Below, in pieces: positions 39,931 through 53,189 of a DNA stretch of 64,000 nucleotides. This DNA comes from Eledone cirrhosa. Its lineage: Eukaryota. Each line of letters starts with the position of its first letter. Positions within the stretch are counted from its first letter, which is position 1. The stretch covers positions 281,046,001-281,110,000 of the forward strand of contig OZ024740.1 in NCBI GenBank assembly GCA_964016885.1, given 5' to 3'. The notes below the pieces were generated by a model, which was not told the origin of the DNA, made no database searches, and saw nothing but the letters and a program-made list of their open reading frames with translations. Made by a program: the position numbers and the translations under genes.

Positions 39931-40700
39931 AGGGAAGAAGACGCACGTGGTGGTAGAAGGTCATGAAATCGCTCCAGTAAGTTTTTGATTTTTAACATAT
40001 TTAAATCAATTGTGAAATAACAATTCTTAGTACAAATGTTGCATAAACCACCGAATCAAGTCCCATAAAATTTCGGATCCATATTATATTGTTATATCGC
40101 TCAAATATTCAATTTTGTATTATATATTTTGTATTCAAAAAAGAAAATGGTTATAAATGGAAGAAAACACCCTCTGTCTACACTATATAGAACAGCGAAA
40201 TAACAGCAATTTCACCAACACCAGAAACTTGATACACCACCTACCCCATCACACTAAATATAACAGCCAGCAAAGGCAATTTCACCACCACCACCACCAA
40301 TCCCAGCATCATAATAATAATTACTATTATTATTGTCTCAAGTTTTAACAAAATGTTTAATTCCAATTTTACGGGAATATGTCAACACAATATATATTAA
40401 ACATACGCGACACAAACTCATAGACACTACATATCACAAAACTCAGTAACGACAACGCCACCGCTGCCACCACTCCATCCATCATTGCTACCACTATCCC
40501 ATCACCGCCGCCACCACTCCTTCATTGCTACCACCACTATTCCCCTGTTAACTTGAGAGAGAAAGGGGAATGTGGCGGTATCACTAGACAAGGGAGAGGC
40601 TAGCAAAAGATATAAATAGATTGACTTAGTGACCTGGCCACCGGCCAAACGTCAACATCAACAACTATGGCACTGCTGGCTCACCCCTTCCTCACCAACA
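39930..40700 (-). mobile_element. Truncated relative of the 46168-48060 element
   Basis: Colinear similarity with 46255-46800 (gggaagaa.acgcac.tggtgg, aaagaaaatgg.ta.aaatggaagaaaaca, gatataaataga.tga). Confidence 0.55.
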
Positions 40701-40929
40701 ATATAAAATGCCCCAGCACCACCACCGACATAGCCAACAACAATAACAGGCAACTTCAGCAAAAAGTATATTATATTATTGTAATGCACTGGGTGATTGC
40801 TGGCCTTGTGCCTGGAGTGGAGACAATTATTAATAATTTCATTCTTAAGCCACGCAATGCTCACATTAAGGAACCACTCATGATAATAACAATTTCAAAA
40901 AAACAACAAAAAGAAAACCCCCTGACCAA

Positions 40930-43900
40930 GAAATACCGGAATGGCGGCCGGCGGGGAATAGCCGTGTCTCTAGGGGAGAACGACCCCTCTAGTCTTGGTT
41001 GACACTCGTTCTAGAAGTGGTAACACGAAATGATTACCCCTTGGCGGATAAGGACAAAACGCGACAAAATAAAGTAAATGTCTAATGATAAAATCTCATA
41101 CCGGATCGGCCGTCACCCGGGTAAAAAAGGGCCGCGTCCCTCAGAGAGGAACCAGACTGGGGTCGAAAAATGAGCTAATGGTTCAAACCTTCCCATCACT
41201 TCGGAGCTGGAGACCTCCCATAACCGGAATACTCCTACTGTTGGCCCTCCATGCTCACCACCAAGAAATCCAAAGAAAAAGAGAGAAAAATGGTCAAGGG
41301 AAGATAATAAAGAAGTCCTTGAGGCTCTCTACACTGCCATGTACTACCCATCAAATACATCGAATACAGAACAGACATATATCAACTGGAAAAAGAAACA
41401 TCCCGAAAATAGAGGCTATATTGACAGTAACAAACTAGCCAATATACGAAGAAATATTATAAGAAAAAAGTTACTAACTGATATAGAAATTGATCAGATC
41501 AAGCTATTAGCACAAAGTCAGCGAAGGGAAAATGAAACATGTGTCAGTGAAAACGAGGTAAATTGTAACACTTCGAATCCCAGGGTTGGGGCGGAATCAC
41601 TGGCAACAGAGCAAATTAAAGAAAGGATCGAAAAAGTGGAGGGAGTGCATGCTCAAGATGAAACTCCAAATGAAAATAATGAGATCGTAAATGATAAAGA
41701 AATGAATGAGAATGAACTTGCCAACTTGAAGGATGAAATTATGATCGAATGGATGAAAATGAAAGAATCTGACATGGGGCAACGAGACACCTTCCCTAAG
41801 ATCCAGAACTCCAAACAGAACCAAAAGATAATACACAAGACTAACATAATTCTCAAAAACATTATCATCACAAACAAACTAAACATTACTCTATTATGCA
41901 TCGGCTAAAGTCACCACTCACTTATGTGGAGTGAAGATGAAAAAACAAAGGAATTCCCACAAGAAATCTACATGGCAAGAGAATATCAATCGCCAAATAA
42001 ACCTTCTCCGATCTGACATAGAAATTTTAACAAACTATAAAGTAGGTGAACATGTTAAACAAACTAAACTTAGAAAATTGAAAAAAAAGTACAGTATAAA
42101 ATCAACAAGTGACATGGACATGCTGATAGAAATAATCAAGAAAAAAGTGTCGGCCAAAGCTGCTCGTATAAGGCGCTTTGAAAAACGATCTAGATTCTAT
42201 AAGGATAATAATATGTTCAAAAACAACCAAAGAAACTTCTACAGAAAAATTGGTAAGTCAACAGTAACTGCTAAATCAATACCACCCAAGGAGGAAGTGC
42301 AAGAATTCTGGGAAAAGATCTGGGCCGAAGAAAAAGTTCATAATATACATGCCCCATGGATAGACAGACAAATGAAAGATACAGCTCACCTTGAGGAACA
42401 AATATGGGAAAATATAACAGTTGAACAGTTGCGCTTGGCTCTAAGAAAAACCAGCAAATGGAAATCCCCAGGAAAAGATAAGATACAAAACTTTTGGATA
42501 AATGCCTTGTTAGCCCAACTTTACAATGAAATAGTTAAGGAGCCAGAAAAGATACCATCATGGCTAGTTAACGGCGTTACATTCCTGCTTCCGAAGAATG
42601 ATGAGACAAACAATCCCAAAAATTAAAGACCGATAACTTGCTTGACCACAATGTATAAAATTTTAACATCAGTCCTAACTGAATACACATATGACCACCT
42701 GATAACAAATGACCTATTTCCCATTGAGCAGAAAGGGTGTAAACGAGGCTCATATGGCTGTAAGGATCAGCTTCTGGTTAACAAAATGATACTGGAAGAT
42801 TGTCATAATAGACACAAAAATCTATCGATTGCTTGGATAGATTATAAAAAAGCATTCGATAGTTTGCCACACAGTTGGATTGAAAAATGTTTAGAGATTT
42901 TCAAAATATCACCCGTTGTCAGGAGGTTTTTGTCATTCAGTATGAAGACATGGAAAACGACACTCCTTTTGAATAGTGAAACAAAATCACTGGAAGCTGG
43001 AGAAGTTAATATTAATTGTGGAATTTTTCAGGGTGACTCTTTATCACCGCTTTTATTCTGCATCGCACTTATACCATTAAGTAAAATGCTCAATGAAACA
43101 AAACATGGATATAAAGTCTATGACAAAACCATTAATCACTTGTTCTACATGGATGACCTGAAACTATTTGCAAAAAATGATGAACAATTGCAAGGGCTAT
43201 TATCCACTGTGGAGCAGTTCAGTGATGACATTAAAATGGAGTTTGGACTAGATAAATGCGACAAAGCAACGTTCACCAGGGGAAAGCTGCTGAAGAGTTC
43301 AGACATTAATCTTGATCGGGGGAACGTGATAAGAGAACTTTATCAAGAGGAAACTTACAAATATCTAGGTGTTTGTGAAGGAGACGGAATCAAGCACTCG
43401 ACAATGAGGGAAAGGATAAGGAAGGAATGTTACCGCAGAGTAAGAGCAATCTTAAGAACGGAATTGAATGCAAGGAATAGGATCGATGCCATAAACACGC
43501 TTGCCATACCAGTAGTAACCTACAGTTACAATGTCATCAACTGGTCAAGCACAGAGATCCGTAGGCTCGATACAAAAATTCGAAAATTCTTAACCATGCA
43601 CAGAATGCATCACCCTAAGGCAGATATAGATCGAATATATCTCCCTAGGAAAGAAGGAGGACGTTGGTTAATGCAGTTAGACATTGCGTTGAAAACTGCA
43701 ACAATTGGATTATCTACATATCTAAGGGAATCACATGATTGGATGATCAAACTCGTTTTGAAACACGAAAGCATCAAAAGATCATATTCCATTACAAAAG
43801 ATGCACAAAGATACAGTAATGGACTACAAATTTCAGAAGTCCCATTTACTGCTGAAATGGAAAACACAGAAAAAGCAAAGCAGGTAAAAGTAACTACAAA

Positions 43901-44875
43901 GAAAGAACTGCTACAGAAACTGGCTAAAAAATGGCAAGAAAAGCCTCTGTATGGAAAATACCCAGAGCGAGCTAACAATCCTGATGTTGACAAAACTTTA
44001 ACCCATCAGTGGTTGGCATCCTCTGAACTGAAATCGGAGACTGAAGGACTGATTATATCAGCACAAGATCAGTGTCTACCAAGAAAAAATTACCAAGCCA
44101 ACCTTATTAAAAATGGATGCAGCCCATTATGCCGTGTATGCAAAAAACTACCAGAGACCATTGATCATATAATTTAAATGTGCAGTCCTATAGCTCCAAC
44201 CGAATACCTAAACAGGCATGACAGAGCTGCACAATACATACATTGGATAATGTGTAAGCATTTTGACCCGCCCCATCAAAAGAATTGGTGGGAGCCTCAA
44301 CCACCTCCCATACTTGAAAAAGATCACATCTCAATCTTGTGGAACTTTAGCATCCAAACAGACCGAAAAATAGATGCAAATAGACCTGATATAATATTGA
44401 AGGACTTTAAAAAGAGGGTATGCCTGCTAATTGATATGTCTGTTCCAATTGACAAGAATGTATCTATAAAAAACATTTGAAAAATTGAGCAAGTATAAGG
44501 ACCTGGAGATAGAAATTGGAAAAATGTGGAAATTGAGAACTAAAACAATACCAGTGGTTGTAGGCGCTCTGGGAATGATACCTAAGGGGTCTAATGTTTA
44601 CTTATCGCAAATCCCAGGAAACCCACGTATAGGAGAAATACAAAAGATAGTACTAATGGGAACTGCCCATATACTAAGGAAGATTCTGTCAATATAAGTA
44701 CATCACAAGTCTAAACACTAAATATGCATGTGTGAGTATGTATGTTCTTTCTTGAACCTGGCGGACCTTGTTGTCTCTTGAGGTCACTGGTTGTGACTTG
44801 GTGATAACTCGTATGAACATAAAGCAAGATAAATGCAACTGTAATAATAATAATAATAATAATAATACTAATACT
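40930..44875 (+). mobile_element. Near full-length R4/Dong-like RLE retrotransposon, inactivated
   Basis: N-terminal KWSRED..; FWEKIW, WKSPGKD, N*RPITCL, QKGC, DYKKAFDSLPH, GIFQGDSLSP, YMDDLKLF, YKYLG, CRVC, RHD, RPDII..D, KYKDL. In-frame stops at 42626 and 44177 plus frameshifts. (TAA)n tail. Confidence 0.93.
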
Positions 44876-44879
44876 AAAA

Positions 44880-46160
44880 AAAAAATTGAAGGAATTGATA
44901 AGATCTGAATACATTCGGAGAGTAAGGACCGTATTAAAGTCACAACTGAACAGTAGGAATGCCATAAGTGCAGTAAATTCCCGAGCTGTGTATATTATTA
45001 GGTACAGTGCGGGAATTCTGAGATGGAATGTTGCTGAAACAAAAAGAAATGGATAGGAAGACTAGGAAGCTATTGACTATCTACAACATGTTCCATAAGA
45101 GGAGTGATGTCGATAGACTCTACTTAAGTAGATCTGAAGGTGGAAGAGGTCTTATCAGCATAGAGGACTATGTTCAGATGGAGAAAAACAACCTCCACAA
45201 ATACGTGACTGATAGTAAGGAGCCAATGCTCAGAACTGTACTGAAGGAGAGGACAATAGACCAGGGGATGTCCTAGGAAATAACATCAAGGAGAAAGAGC
45301 AGCCTTCAGGAAAAATCCCTTCTTAGTACCTTCTTTGAGAAAACTGAATTCAGAGATCCACAGACATGGAACTGGTTGAAAAGAGGACACCTTAAAAAGG
45401 CTACTGAAGGAATGTTAATGGCTGCGCAAGAGCAGGCCCTCAAAACGAAGTGGTTGAAACACCATATTTACAAGGAGGAGGCTAGCCCACTGTGCAGGAT
45501 CTGTGGAGAGAGAGAGGAGACTGTGGCTCACATTGTATCCGAGTGTAAACACCTAGCCTAGACTCACTATAAGGGTTGGAGACATGATGTGATGGGCAGG
45601 GTGATCCACTTTCACCTATGCAAAGTAAACAATTTACCACATTCTGAGAAGTGGTATGAGCATAAGCCAGAGTCGGTGATAGAAAACGATCAGGTGAAGG
45701 TTCTGTGGGAGTTTAGGATACAGACGGACAAGAAACTGGAACACAATAGAACTGACCTGGTGGTTTTGGACAAAGAAAAAAGATCGTGCCTGATTGTGGA
45801 TGTGGCCTGCCCATTCGACACGAGAGTGCAAGAGAAGGAGAGGGAGAAAATTAACCGATACCAGGACTTAAAGCGGGAGGTAAAAAGGATTTGGAACTGC
45901 CATGAAGTCAAAGTGGTCCCGATTGTCATAAGCGCACTAGGTACTATCTCAAAAAGTTTCCAGGGACGGTTAAAGAAAATTGGCCCCTTCACGTTTTTTG
46001 GAACGCTTCAAAAGGCATGCTTGCTGGGAACAGCAAGAACCCCCCCGATACGTCCTGAATATCTGAGGCTGCAGGTAGTGGCTTGATATTCATTTCAACA
46101 AACTTTCCAGTTAACTAACATCAATGACTGAGACTCAAAGAACAATAATAATAATAATAA
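44880..46160 (+). mobile_element. Second R4/Dong-like family, 5'-truncated
   Basis: DVDRLYLSRSEGGRGL, TEGMLMAAQEQAL, CRICG..ETVAHIVSEC, RHD, DVACPFD, (TAA)n tail. Begins right after the TAA tail of the previous element. Confidence 0.9.
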
Positions 46161-46167
46161 TAGTCTA

Positions 46168-48060
46168 CTGCTAGTCGCCCTGCAAGTGGCAGTTGGCCGA
46201 AACCTAGTGGAGGTGGGAGAGTATGTGTTTCAATAGGTCTCAATACTACCCTAAATAGGGAAGAATACGCACATGGTGGATAGAGTGTTATGGAATAGCT
46301 CCCGTATGTTTTTGATTTTTTTTTTTTTACATATTTAAAACAATTGTGATAGAATAATTCTTATTACAAATGGGACATAAGATACTAGTCTTAGCTCTCA
46401 GGAAGTGACAACGCATAAAATTATGGCATAGGGCTCCAATATTTAATACTTAATTTTGTATCAGAAATGTTATAGTAAAAAAAGAAAATGGCTACAAATG
46501 GAAGAAAACAACAGCCAAATAATTTCACCACCGCTGCTGCCACCACCACCACTACCACAAAAGGTTTAGCTAGATACAAACCAAAACCAACAGCTACAAC
46601 AACACCATCACAACAGTATTACTATCCCATCACCACCGTCACCACTGCATCATCGCTACCACCACTAATCGCGCACTACCTCCTGTTAAGAGAGGCATGG
46701 TAGTAGTGCCACGACACATGACTAGAAGCGAGGAAGTCATCAAAAGATATAAAAAGATATAAATAGACTGATTTAGCCAAAAGGCTAACCAACTGGAAAT
46801 CACCAGGCCCAGATGGATCTCTTCTGCGGGCAGAAGGCCCTGAGGTGACTCTTCTGCCCACAGAGATAACACTTTGGGCGCCTTCCATCCACGCTTAAAG
46901 GGAGATGGAGCCCTTCTTCGAGGTCTATGAGGTCTGGGATGGCCTCGATGCACTCCTGGTCAGTCTGTATTAGCATGTGCATGCCTATTCCACACCATTT
47001 CTCTCTTCCGTTTCTCTCTATTTGTAGTATGGTGGTCTTCTAGTCGATTCCAGCCAGTACAGACGCGGCCAGACAATGTAAGGGCACGTCGGGCGGGACC
47101 TGGGTCACTTTGACCCTCACAATTTTCTTCCCGTAGTAGGAGGGAACCAAGACTACCTCCTCACTCTTTAGGGTTTCCAAAGAGTGTGACTTCGCCTCTT
47201 AGGGGGTGGCGAAAAGTACGTCTACTGTACCGTACTTTTTGCCCCGGGTGATGTGGTTTTGCGCGCCCAAACGCACCCCAAGGTCTTTTGGATTTGAGCC
47301 TCCGTGGCTCTCTCCACCCGATGCGACCTTTTGCTTACGGTGCGGTAAGTCACCGGACGCAGTTGCTGGTCTTTGAAGAAATCGGGTGGAGGTCTCAAGG
47401 AAACACTGTTTTCGTTTCTCGACACCATGGCTCTTGCGACTGCCATCTCCTCCTCCGTGACTACCACTGTTTCTATATTTCGGGCCAAACCTGCGAAAGA
47501 AGTGGCCCCTTTTTCAGCGGCACCACTATTGTTGCCATTACTGGTCTTGTTGTTGGTGTTGTTGCTGTTGCTACTGCTACGAACGGTGTTGTTGGTGTTG
47601 TCGCTGTTATCACTGTTGTAGTTGGTTGTGTTTTAGGTGCCACCGTTGTTGTTGTTTTCGGTGCAATTTGTATTGTTGCTGTTGGTGTTGTCGTTGTTTA
47701 TTTTCTTGTTAGTGGTGTTAATATTGTTGTTGCATTTGTTCTCATTTTTTTCTGTTGTCTGTATTTTGGTTGACGCTGTTATTGTTGTAGTTGGTGTGGT
47801 AATGTTTTCAAAATTAGTGTTCTCGGTGTAGTTGTCTTTGTTCACGTTGTTTGTGGTGGTGTCTGTTGTAACAATGTTTGTACCCCTCCTCTCAACTTTT
47901 ACGCCGTTGTCAGACGACAGTAGAGATATTGATTGGGGGGAGGGGGGCTCAGCCATGTTTTTTTTTTTTAGACAATTTTTTTTAAAAGTAAAATGTTCTA
48001 ATATTTGGGCAAAAAGGCCAAATATTTTACTTTCCCCTTCACAGGGCAAAGTCTAAGGGC
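46168..48060 (-). mobile_element. ORF1-only (gag-like, CCHC knuckle) element, frameshifted
   Basis: N/T-rich N-terminus (MAEPPSP...), an RRM-like segment (KVTQVPPDVP) and VDGRRPKCYLCGQKSHLRAFC. No RT or endonuclease follows. Confidence 0.6.
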
Positions 48061-48696
48061 TTATATACCTTACACAACAATAAATATTTAACAACAAATA
48101 ATTTTAACAGGTAAATGAAGCGACTTACTGGGAGCGAGCAAAAAGCGTCCGAACAGACCGATAATAATAATAATTGTTTCTACATTAGGCACAAGGCCAG
48201 CAATTACCCAGTGCATTAATGGTACTTTATTTATAATAATAATAATAATAATATTAGTTATTGTTATAATAGTGTCAATATCAGGAGCAATGACTACGGC
48301 CGTATTGATAGTACTAGTAATTATAATAATAATAGTAGTAGTGATACCCATTCTACTAGAAATAGTAACAACAAGAATTGTAATTGTAGGACCCCTAACA
48401 ACTGTCCAATGGAGGGTCATTGTCTAGTTAATAATGTGATATATAAGTGCACAATCACTACTGATAATAATATTAAATTTTACATAAGGGCTACTTCTAC
48501 TGAATTCAAAACTAGATTTAGAACCCATCTCCACTCGTTTAGAGATTAAAAAAACTCAAGTTCTCAGCCACTCTCGCAAACTAGTTCACTCAACTAATAG
48601 AATCTAACACTAGGTACACAACCAAATGGAATATAATAGACAGAAACACCTCTTATAACTTTAATAAGAAATGTCACTTATGTCTGATGGAAGCAT

Positions 48697-48880
48697 ATTG
48701 GCAGTATCGGTAGAGGGTCATACGCCATGCTTTGACGCATAGGGTTACGGCCCTTGCCATTCTGAGTTCAAATCCCGCCGAGGTTAACTTTGCCTTTCAT
48801 CCTTACGGGGTCGATAAAATAAAGTACCAGTAATGCACTGGATAATTGCTGGCCTTGTGCCAAAAGTAGAAACAATTATA
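48697..48880 (+). mobile_element. tRNA-derived SINE
   Basis: Near-identical to the 10618 copy. Confidence 0.85.
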
Positions 48881-49435
48881 ATATATATTCCCCTCAAACA
48901 CTTATTAACAATAGAGCTGAGACTGTAATAAATTGCCAACATAGGCTTCCCTACTCTTTCACTAACAGGGTCTTTGACCCAATATAACCATCTTATGTTC
49001 AACTCATGCCCCCTCAACCCTAAAATAGAACCCCTATTAGCTAGTTCCTATAGATTAGCCAATTATCTAAATCACTGATGCTCATAATTAGTTGCTTAAT
49101 TGGGACTGTAAACTATGGCTCACAACACATCACCTATCATCTACTCTATCAATGTCATTTAACGTAGCCTGTTGTAATTAATAAATACCGCCCCCCCCCC
49201 ATGTTTTATCTAATAAATGCACTATAATTACTTCCCTTCGTTTAGTATGCCCCTTTGTAACCGTCATTTTTTTAATTTACAAATTAGACCTAATTCAAAT
49301 CGGTCGTTCTAAGTGATGCACTCCGACGTATCTTTATCTCTCCCGTAAAGAAATATATATTCTAGTAATGGTAATTTTCGTTCGCTGTTATATAATTTGG
49401 ACTATCTTCCAGCAACATCATTATGAACAATGTTT

Positions 49436-49540
49436 CTTCTCTGAAGATTCTAATTAAATATCACCCCACAACAATATATATTCATACGTACACTATTATA
49501 TGTATAGAACTGTTGTATAGATGAAACACCGTATGAGAAG
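49436..49540 (+). ncRNA. Hammerhead motif with long stem II
   Basis: cttct-CTGAAGA-tTCTA...TAGAt-GAAAC-acc-GTA-tgagaag. Confidence 0.55.
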
Positions 49541-49585
49541 TAAATTTTGCTTTTGAAGGTAATGCCTTCTCCTCCACTTAATTTG

Positions 49586-49587
<2 letters not shown>

Positions 49588-49679
<92 letters not shown>

Positions 49680-49729
49680 TATATATATATATTATATATT
49701 ATATATATATATTATATATATATATATAT

Positions 49730-49820
<91 letters not shown>

Positions 49821-49821
49821 G

Positions 49822-49901
<80 letters not shown>

Positions 49902-49909
49902 TATATGTG

Positions 49910-49970
<61 letters not shown>

Positions 49971-49981
49971 ATATATATGTA

Positions 49982-50017
<36 letters not shown>

Positions 50018-50132
50018 TGTATGTATGTATGTATGTATGTATGTATGTATGTATGTGTGTGTGTGTGTGTGTGTGTTAGTGTGCATGTGTGTGTGTATGC
50101 AAGTATGTATATATATATATATATATATATAT
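49588..50132. repeat. Compound (TA)n/(TATG)n/(TG)n microsatellite
   Basis: Direct reading of the sequence. Confidence 0.95.
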
Positions 50133-51699
50133 AGTTGAAAATCAACGAAAACACAGGAGGCAATTGTACACAGTTATATTAGGTTCACGCTTGGTGGAAG
50201 TATAGGAAGTTTCAACGTTTTTAACGCGTCATTACACATACGTGCTCGCGGACACAGACAGCACACGCACAACACACGCAGACACACACATTCAACACAC
50301 TCATGTACACTCACACAATACACATAACACACACACGCACACATACATATGTATGTACCTATGTAATTTTGTGTATCTGTGCTTGTGCGCCTGTATATGT
50401 CACTGAAACAGAAAGTGTATATTTGTTAATGGGGGTGTATGTAATGAGCTCCATTAAGTTCAGTCAGTATAGTTTGTCATCATCCAAAGAAATATTTAAT
50501 TATTTCAACACATGGATAACGCCGAGTAGCACTCGTAGTAATACAATTATATCAATTTATTTGCCATCGTATTAAAACGGTGAATACACGAGGTGTTTAG
50601 CTCATCAATTTTATATGTTGGTATTCGAAGTTATTACGCCTATTGAATAACTCTGGATACTCTTGAAATTGTTTCAAGTAAAATTCAACTCAATAAATGA
50701 AGCTATTTTAGCGTCAATAAAATTGCTCTTCATTTTTAAAATCATATAGTAGTTTTCGGATCGGTACAGAGTATCATTGATATAACAGGCTTCTACTATA
50801 CACCTTTTGCCTCAAATTGATTATACTTCAGCACTTGAATCACCCTAGAATTATATAATCTATAAGTACTTCTCTTTCAAACTTACCCTCTTCATTTTCT
50901 TACTCTTTTAGTCACACACGCACACTCTCTCACACACTCTCTCACACACGTACAGACACACACACGCGCGCGAGCACACACACACCTCCCCCCATCTCTC
51001 TCTCACGTACACATACACACACGCGCACAAACACCTTTTCTCTCTTCCTCTCTGTCTCTCTCATTCTCTCTTAATAGTATGTGTGTTTGATTATCTGTGC
51101 ATTTCAGTATATCAGTATATGTGTACATGTGTATATATGAGTACGTAAGATCGATCAATAGATTGAAATCAATAGGTCTGACTTCATTTGAAGCGTTGAT
51201 AGTTGTCATGGCTTCTATTCATTTTATAGGTTATCTACTTTATCTTCTTTATATATCGTGGACAAAAGTTTACGCGAAATTTTTCATTTCTGTATACTTA
51301 TTAACTCTCAAAGGATCCATCTATTTAATGCGTCTATAATTGAATTGTTATTCTCATACTTTTGAAATTCATTCGAGCATATACAACCATCAGTGAAGAT
51401 AATTTCCTATATATTTTATTTTCTTTCATATATAGACGGCTGCAAAGCTATATGGTGAAGAAAATCGCTTTGCAACTAGATGGATTTATTGCATAATGCC
51501 ACCGAGGGCATGTTGAGGGTTTTCTACTATAACTTCGGGTACTATATCAAAGGACTTTGATGATTCAAAGAAAAATTGTGTGGAAAATGGTTTTATATAT
51601 ATGTATATATATATCTATTCATTTTTTAAAGGCTACATAGAGAGTCAAACTCTATTTCAGAATTCAGTATTCTTCTCTTTCAACTGCTAACCACATACA

Positions 51700-51727
51700 T
51701 AAATATGTGTATATATATACATACATT

Positions 51728-51799
<72 letters not shown>

Positions 51800-51915
51800 G
51801 TGTGTGTGTGTGTGTGTGTGTGAGTGTGCGTGTGTGTGTGTGTGTGGGGGTGTGTGTGTGTGTGTGTGTGCGTGCGTGTGGGTGTGTGTGTGTGTGTGTG
51901 GGTGTGTGTGTGTGT

Positions 51916-51956
<41 letters not shown>
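51700..51956. repeat. (TA)n-(TG)n microsatellite
   Basis: Direct reading of the sequence. Confidence 0.95.
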
Positions 51957-51958
<2 letters not shown>

Positions 51959-52248
51959 CTCTGTATAATCAGCTCCTGATTATTACTGGAATTCTATAAG
52001 AACCCAGCATTCTATAATTTTCGGCGGAAGCAAGGGAGTGCGTGATTCTTATGAACGCCAACCAGCTTCTCCCCCTTCTTCCACTGAAGTAAGTGACATA
52101 GTCAGTTCTTAAAAACTGATAGCTTACGGTCTTCTAAATATTTTAAATTAAACATACGGTATATTGCCAAATATACTATACATACATATACTATATATTG
52201 AAAGAGTGAAGAATAACATGGTCAACAGTACAAAAAAGGGTTTTATTT

Positions 52249-52362
52249 ACAGTCTAACAATTGTTTCACTGATTAAGTTATCTAAAAATTGCTAAACACT
52301 TGAAGCTGTGTCACTCAATTTTCAATACGTTGTTAGCTTAACCAGATCATCAGAGAAACTGT
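52249..52362 (-). ncRNA. Hammerhead motif with long stem II
   Basis: Minus strand: acagtttct-CTGATGA-tCTGGTTAAG...CTTAATCAGt-GAAAC-AATT-GTT-agactgt. Confidence 0.7.
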
Positions 52363-52400
52363 TAAAATATGTTCAGTTTTCACGAATTCAAATTACATCA

Positions 52401-53175
52401 TCTATATATATAACACTGAGGTTGTCTGTCTGTCTGTCTGTCTGTATGTATGTATGTATGTCTGTCTGTCTACTAAAATCTTCGGCACACATCACCTCCT
52501 AAACTGTACGTTCAATTTTCGGTGAAATTGCTACACTTATAGATGAAGGTCCGGCGGAGACATCGGTCAAAAACATTTTCAAATCGACCCACGCCAAGTG
52601 CAAAAACCGAATTTTTAATGTATTGATTTTCAGTTCAAATGTATAAATAGAGATGAGAGACGAGTTATTTCCCTTTTATGGCGTCATTCTGTCAAACCTA
52701 TTTACGTTACGAATATACGACGCGTGCAAAAGTACAAAAATACGCGAACGGTTTCGGACTAGCAACATTTTAACCTGCAAAATTCATGAGTTCGAAGTTT
52801 CAACATTAAGCTTCCATTTTGCTTCATTTCCATTAAAACGTCTTTAAAACAATATTTTTACTTGAAAACAAGCCTATTTGAATACACCTTAAAACAAGCA
52901 AATATTTTGTAAAAAAAGCATTGATCTCGAATAAAGCCTTATGAGATTTTCATTTAGAAGCAATGACAGACAGATAACGCATTTTTTTTTTTCATGTCCA
53001 TCCAATTTCTTTGTTTCAAAATAACTGATAGTCTGATTACGCTGATGTTTTTAGTGAGACAAGTGTTGCAGTGTTTACATTTTCGATTTTTGTTAATATA
53101 TTACCAGTGCAGTTTTTATCCCCAGCATCCTCTTTTGTTTTCAAATATAAAAGGTTATGATGTTGGTTTATTGAC
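52401..53175 (+). mobile_element. Non-autonomous Helitron, 3' end missing
   Basis: A|TCTATATATA start, (TCTG)n, colinear with the reverse complement of 26860-27619. Confidence 0.75.
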
Positions 53176-53189
53176 AGATGATGACATTT

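Larger units (their letters stand above)
48365..49560 (+). mobile_element. Penelope-like 3' fragment (GIY-YIG + pLTR) interrupted by a SINE
   Basis: CNCRTPNNCPMEGHCLVNNVIYKC..FYIRATSTEFKTRFRTH, CHLCLMEAY. Hammerhead at 49436-49540. Confidence 0.75.

Noticed and set aside
40940-41200. HDV-like ribozyme at the R4 5' end
   Set aside because: GC-rich and plausible by family precedent, but I could not build a consistent P1/P1.1/P2/P3 pseudoknot by eye.
49547-50163. Long ORFs rich in YI/CV/HT/MYVC (also at 2474, 16130, 21521, 37722, 51705, 57345, 62397)
   Set aside because: Translations of (TA)n, (TG)n and (TATG)n microsatellites.
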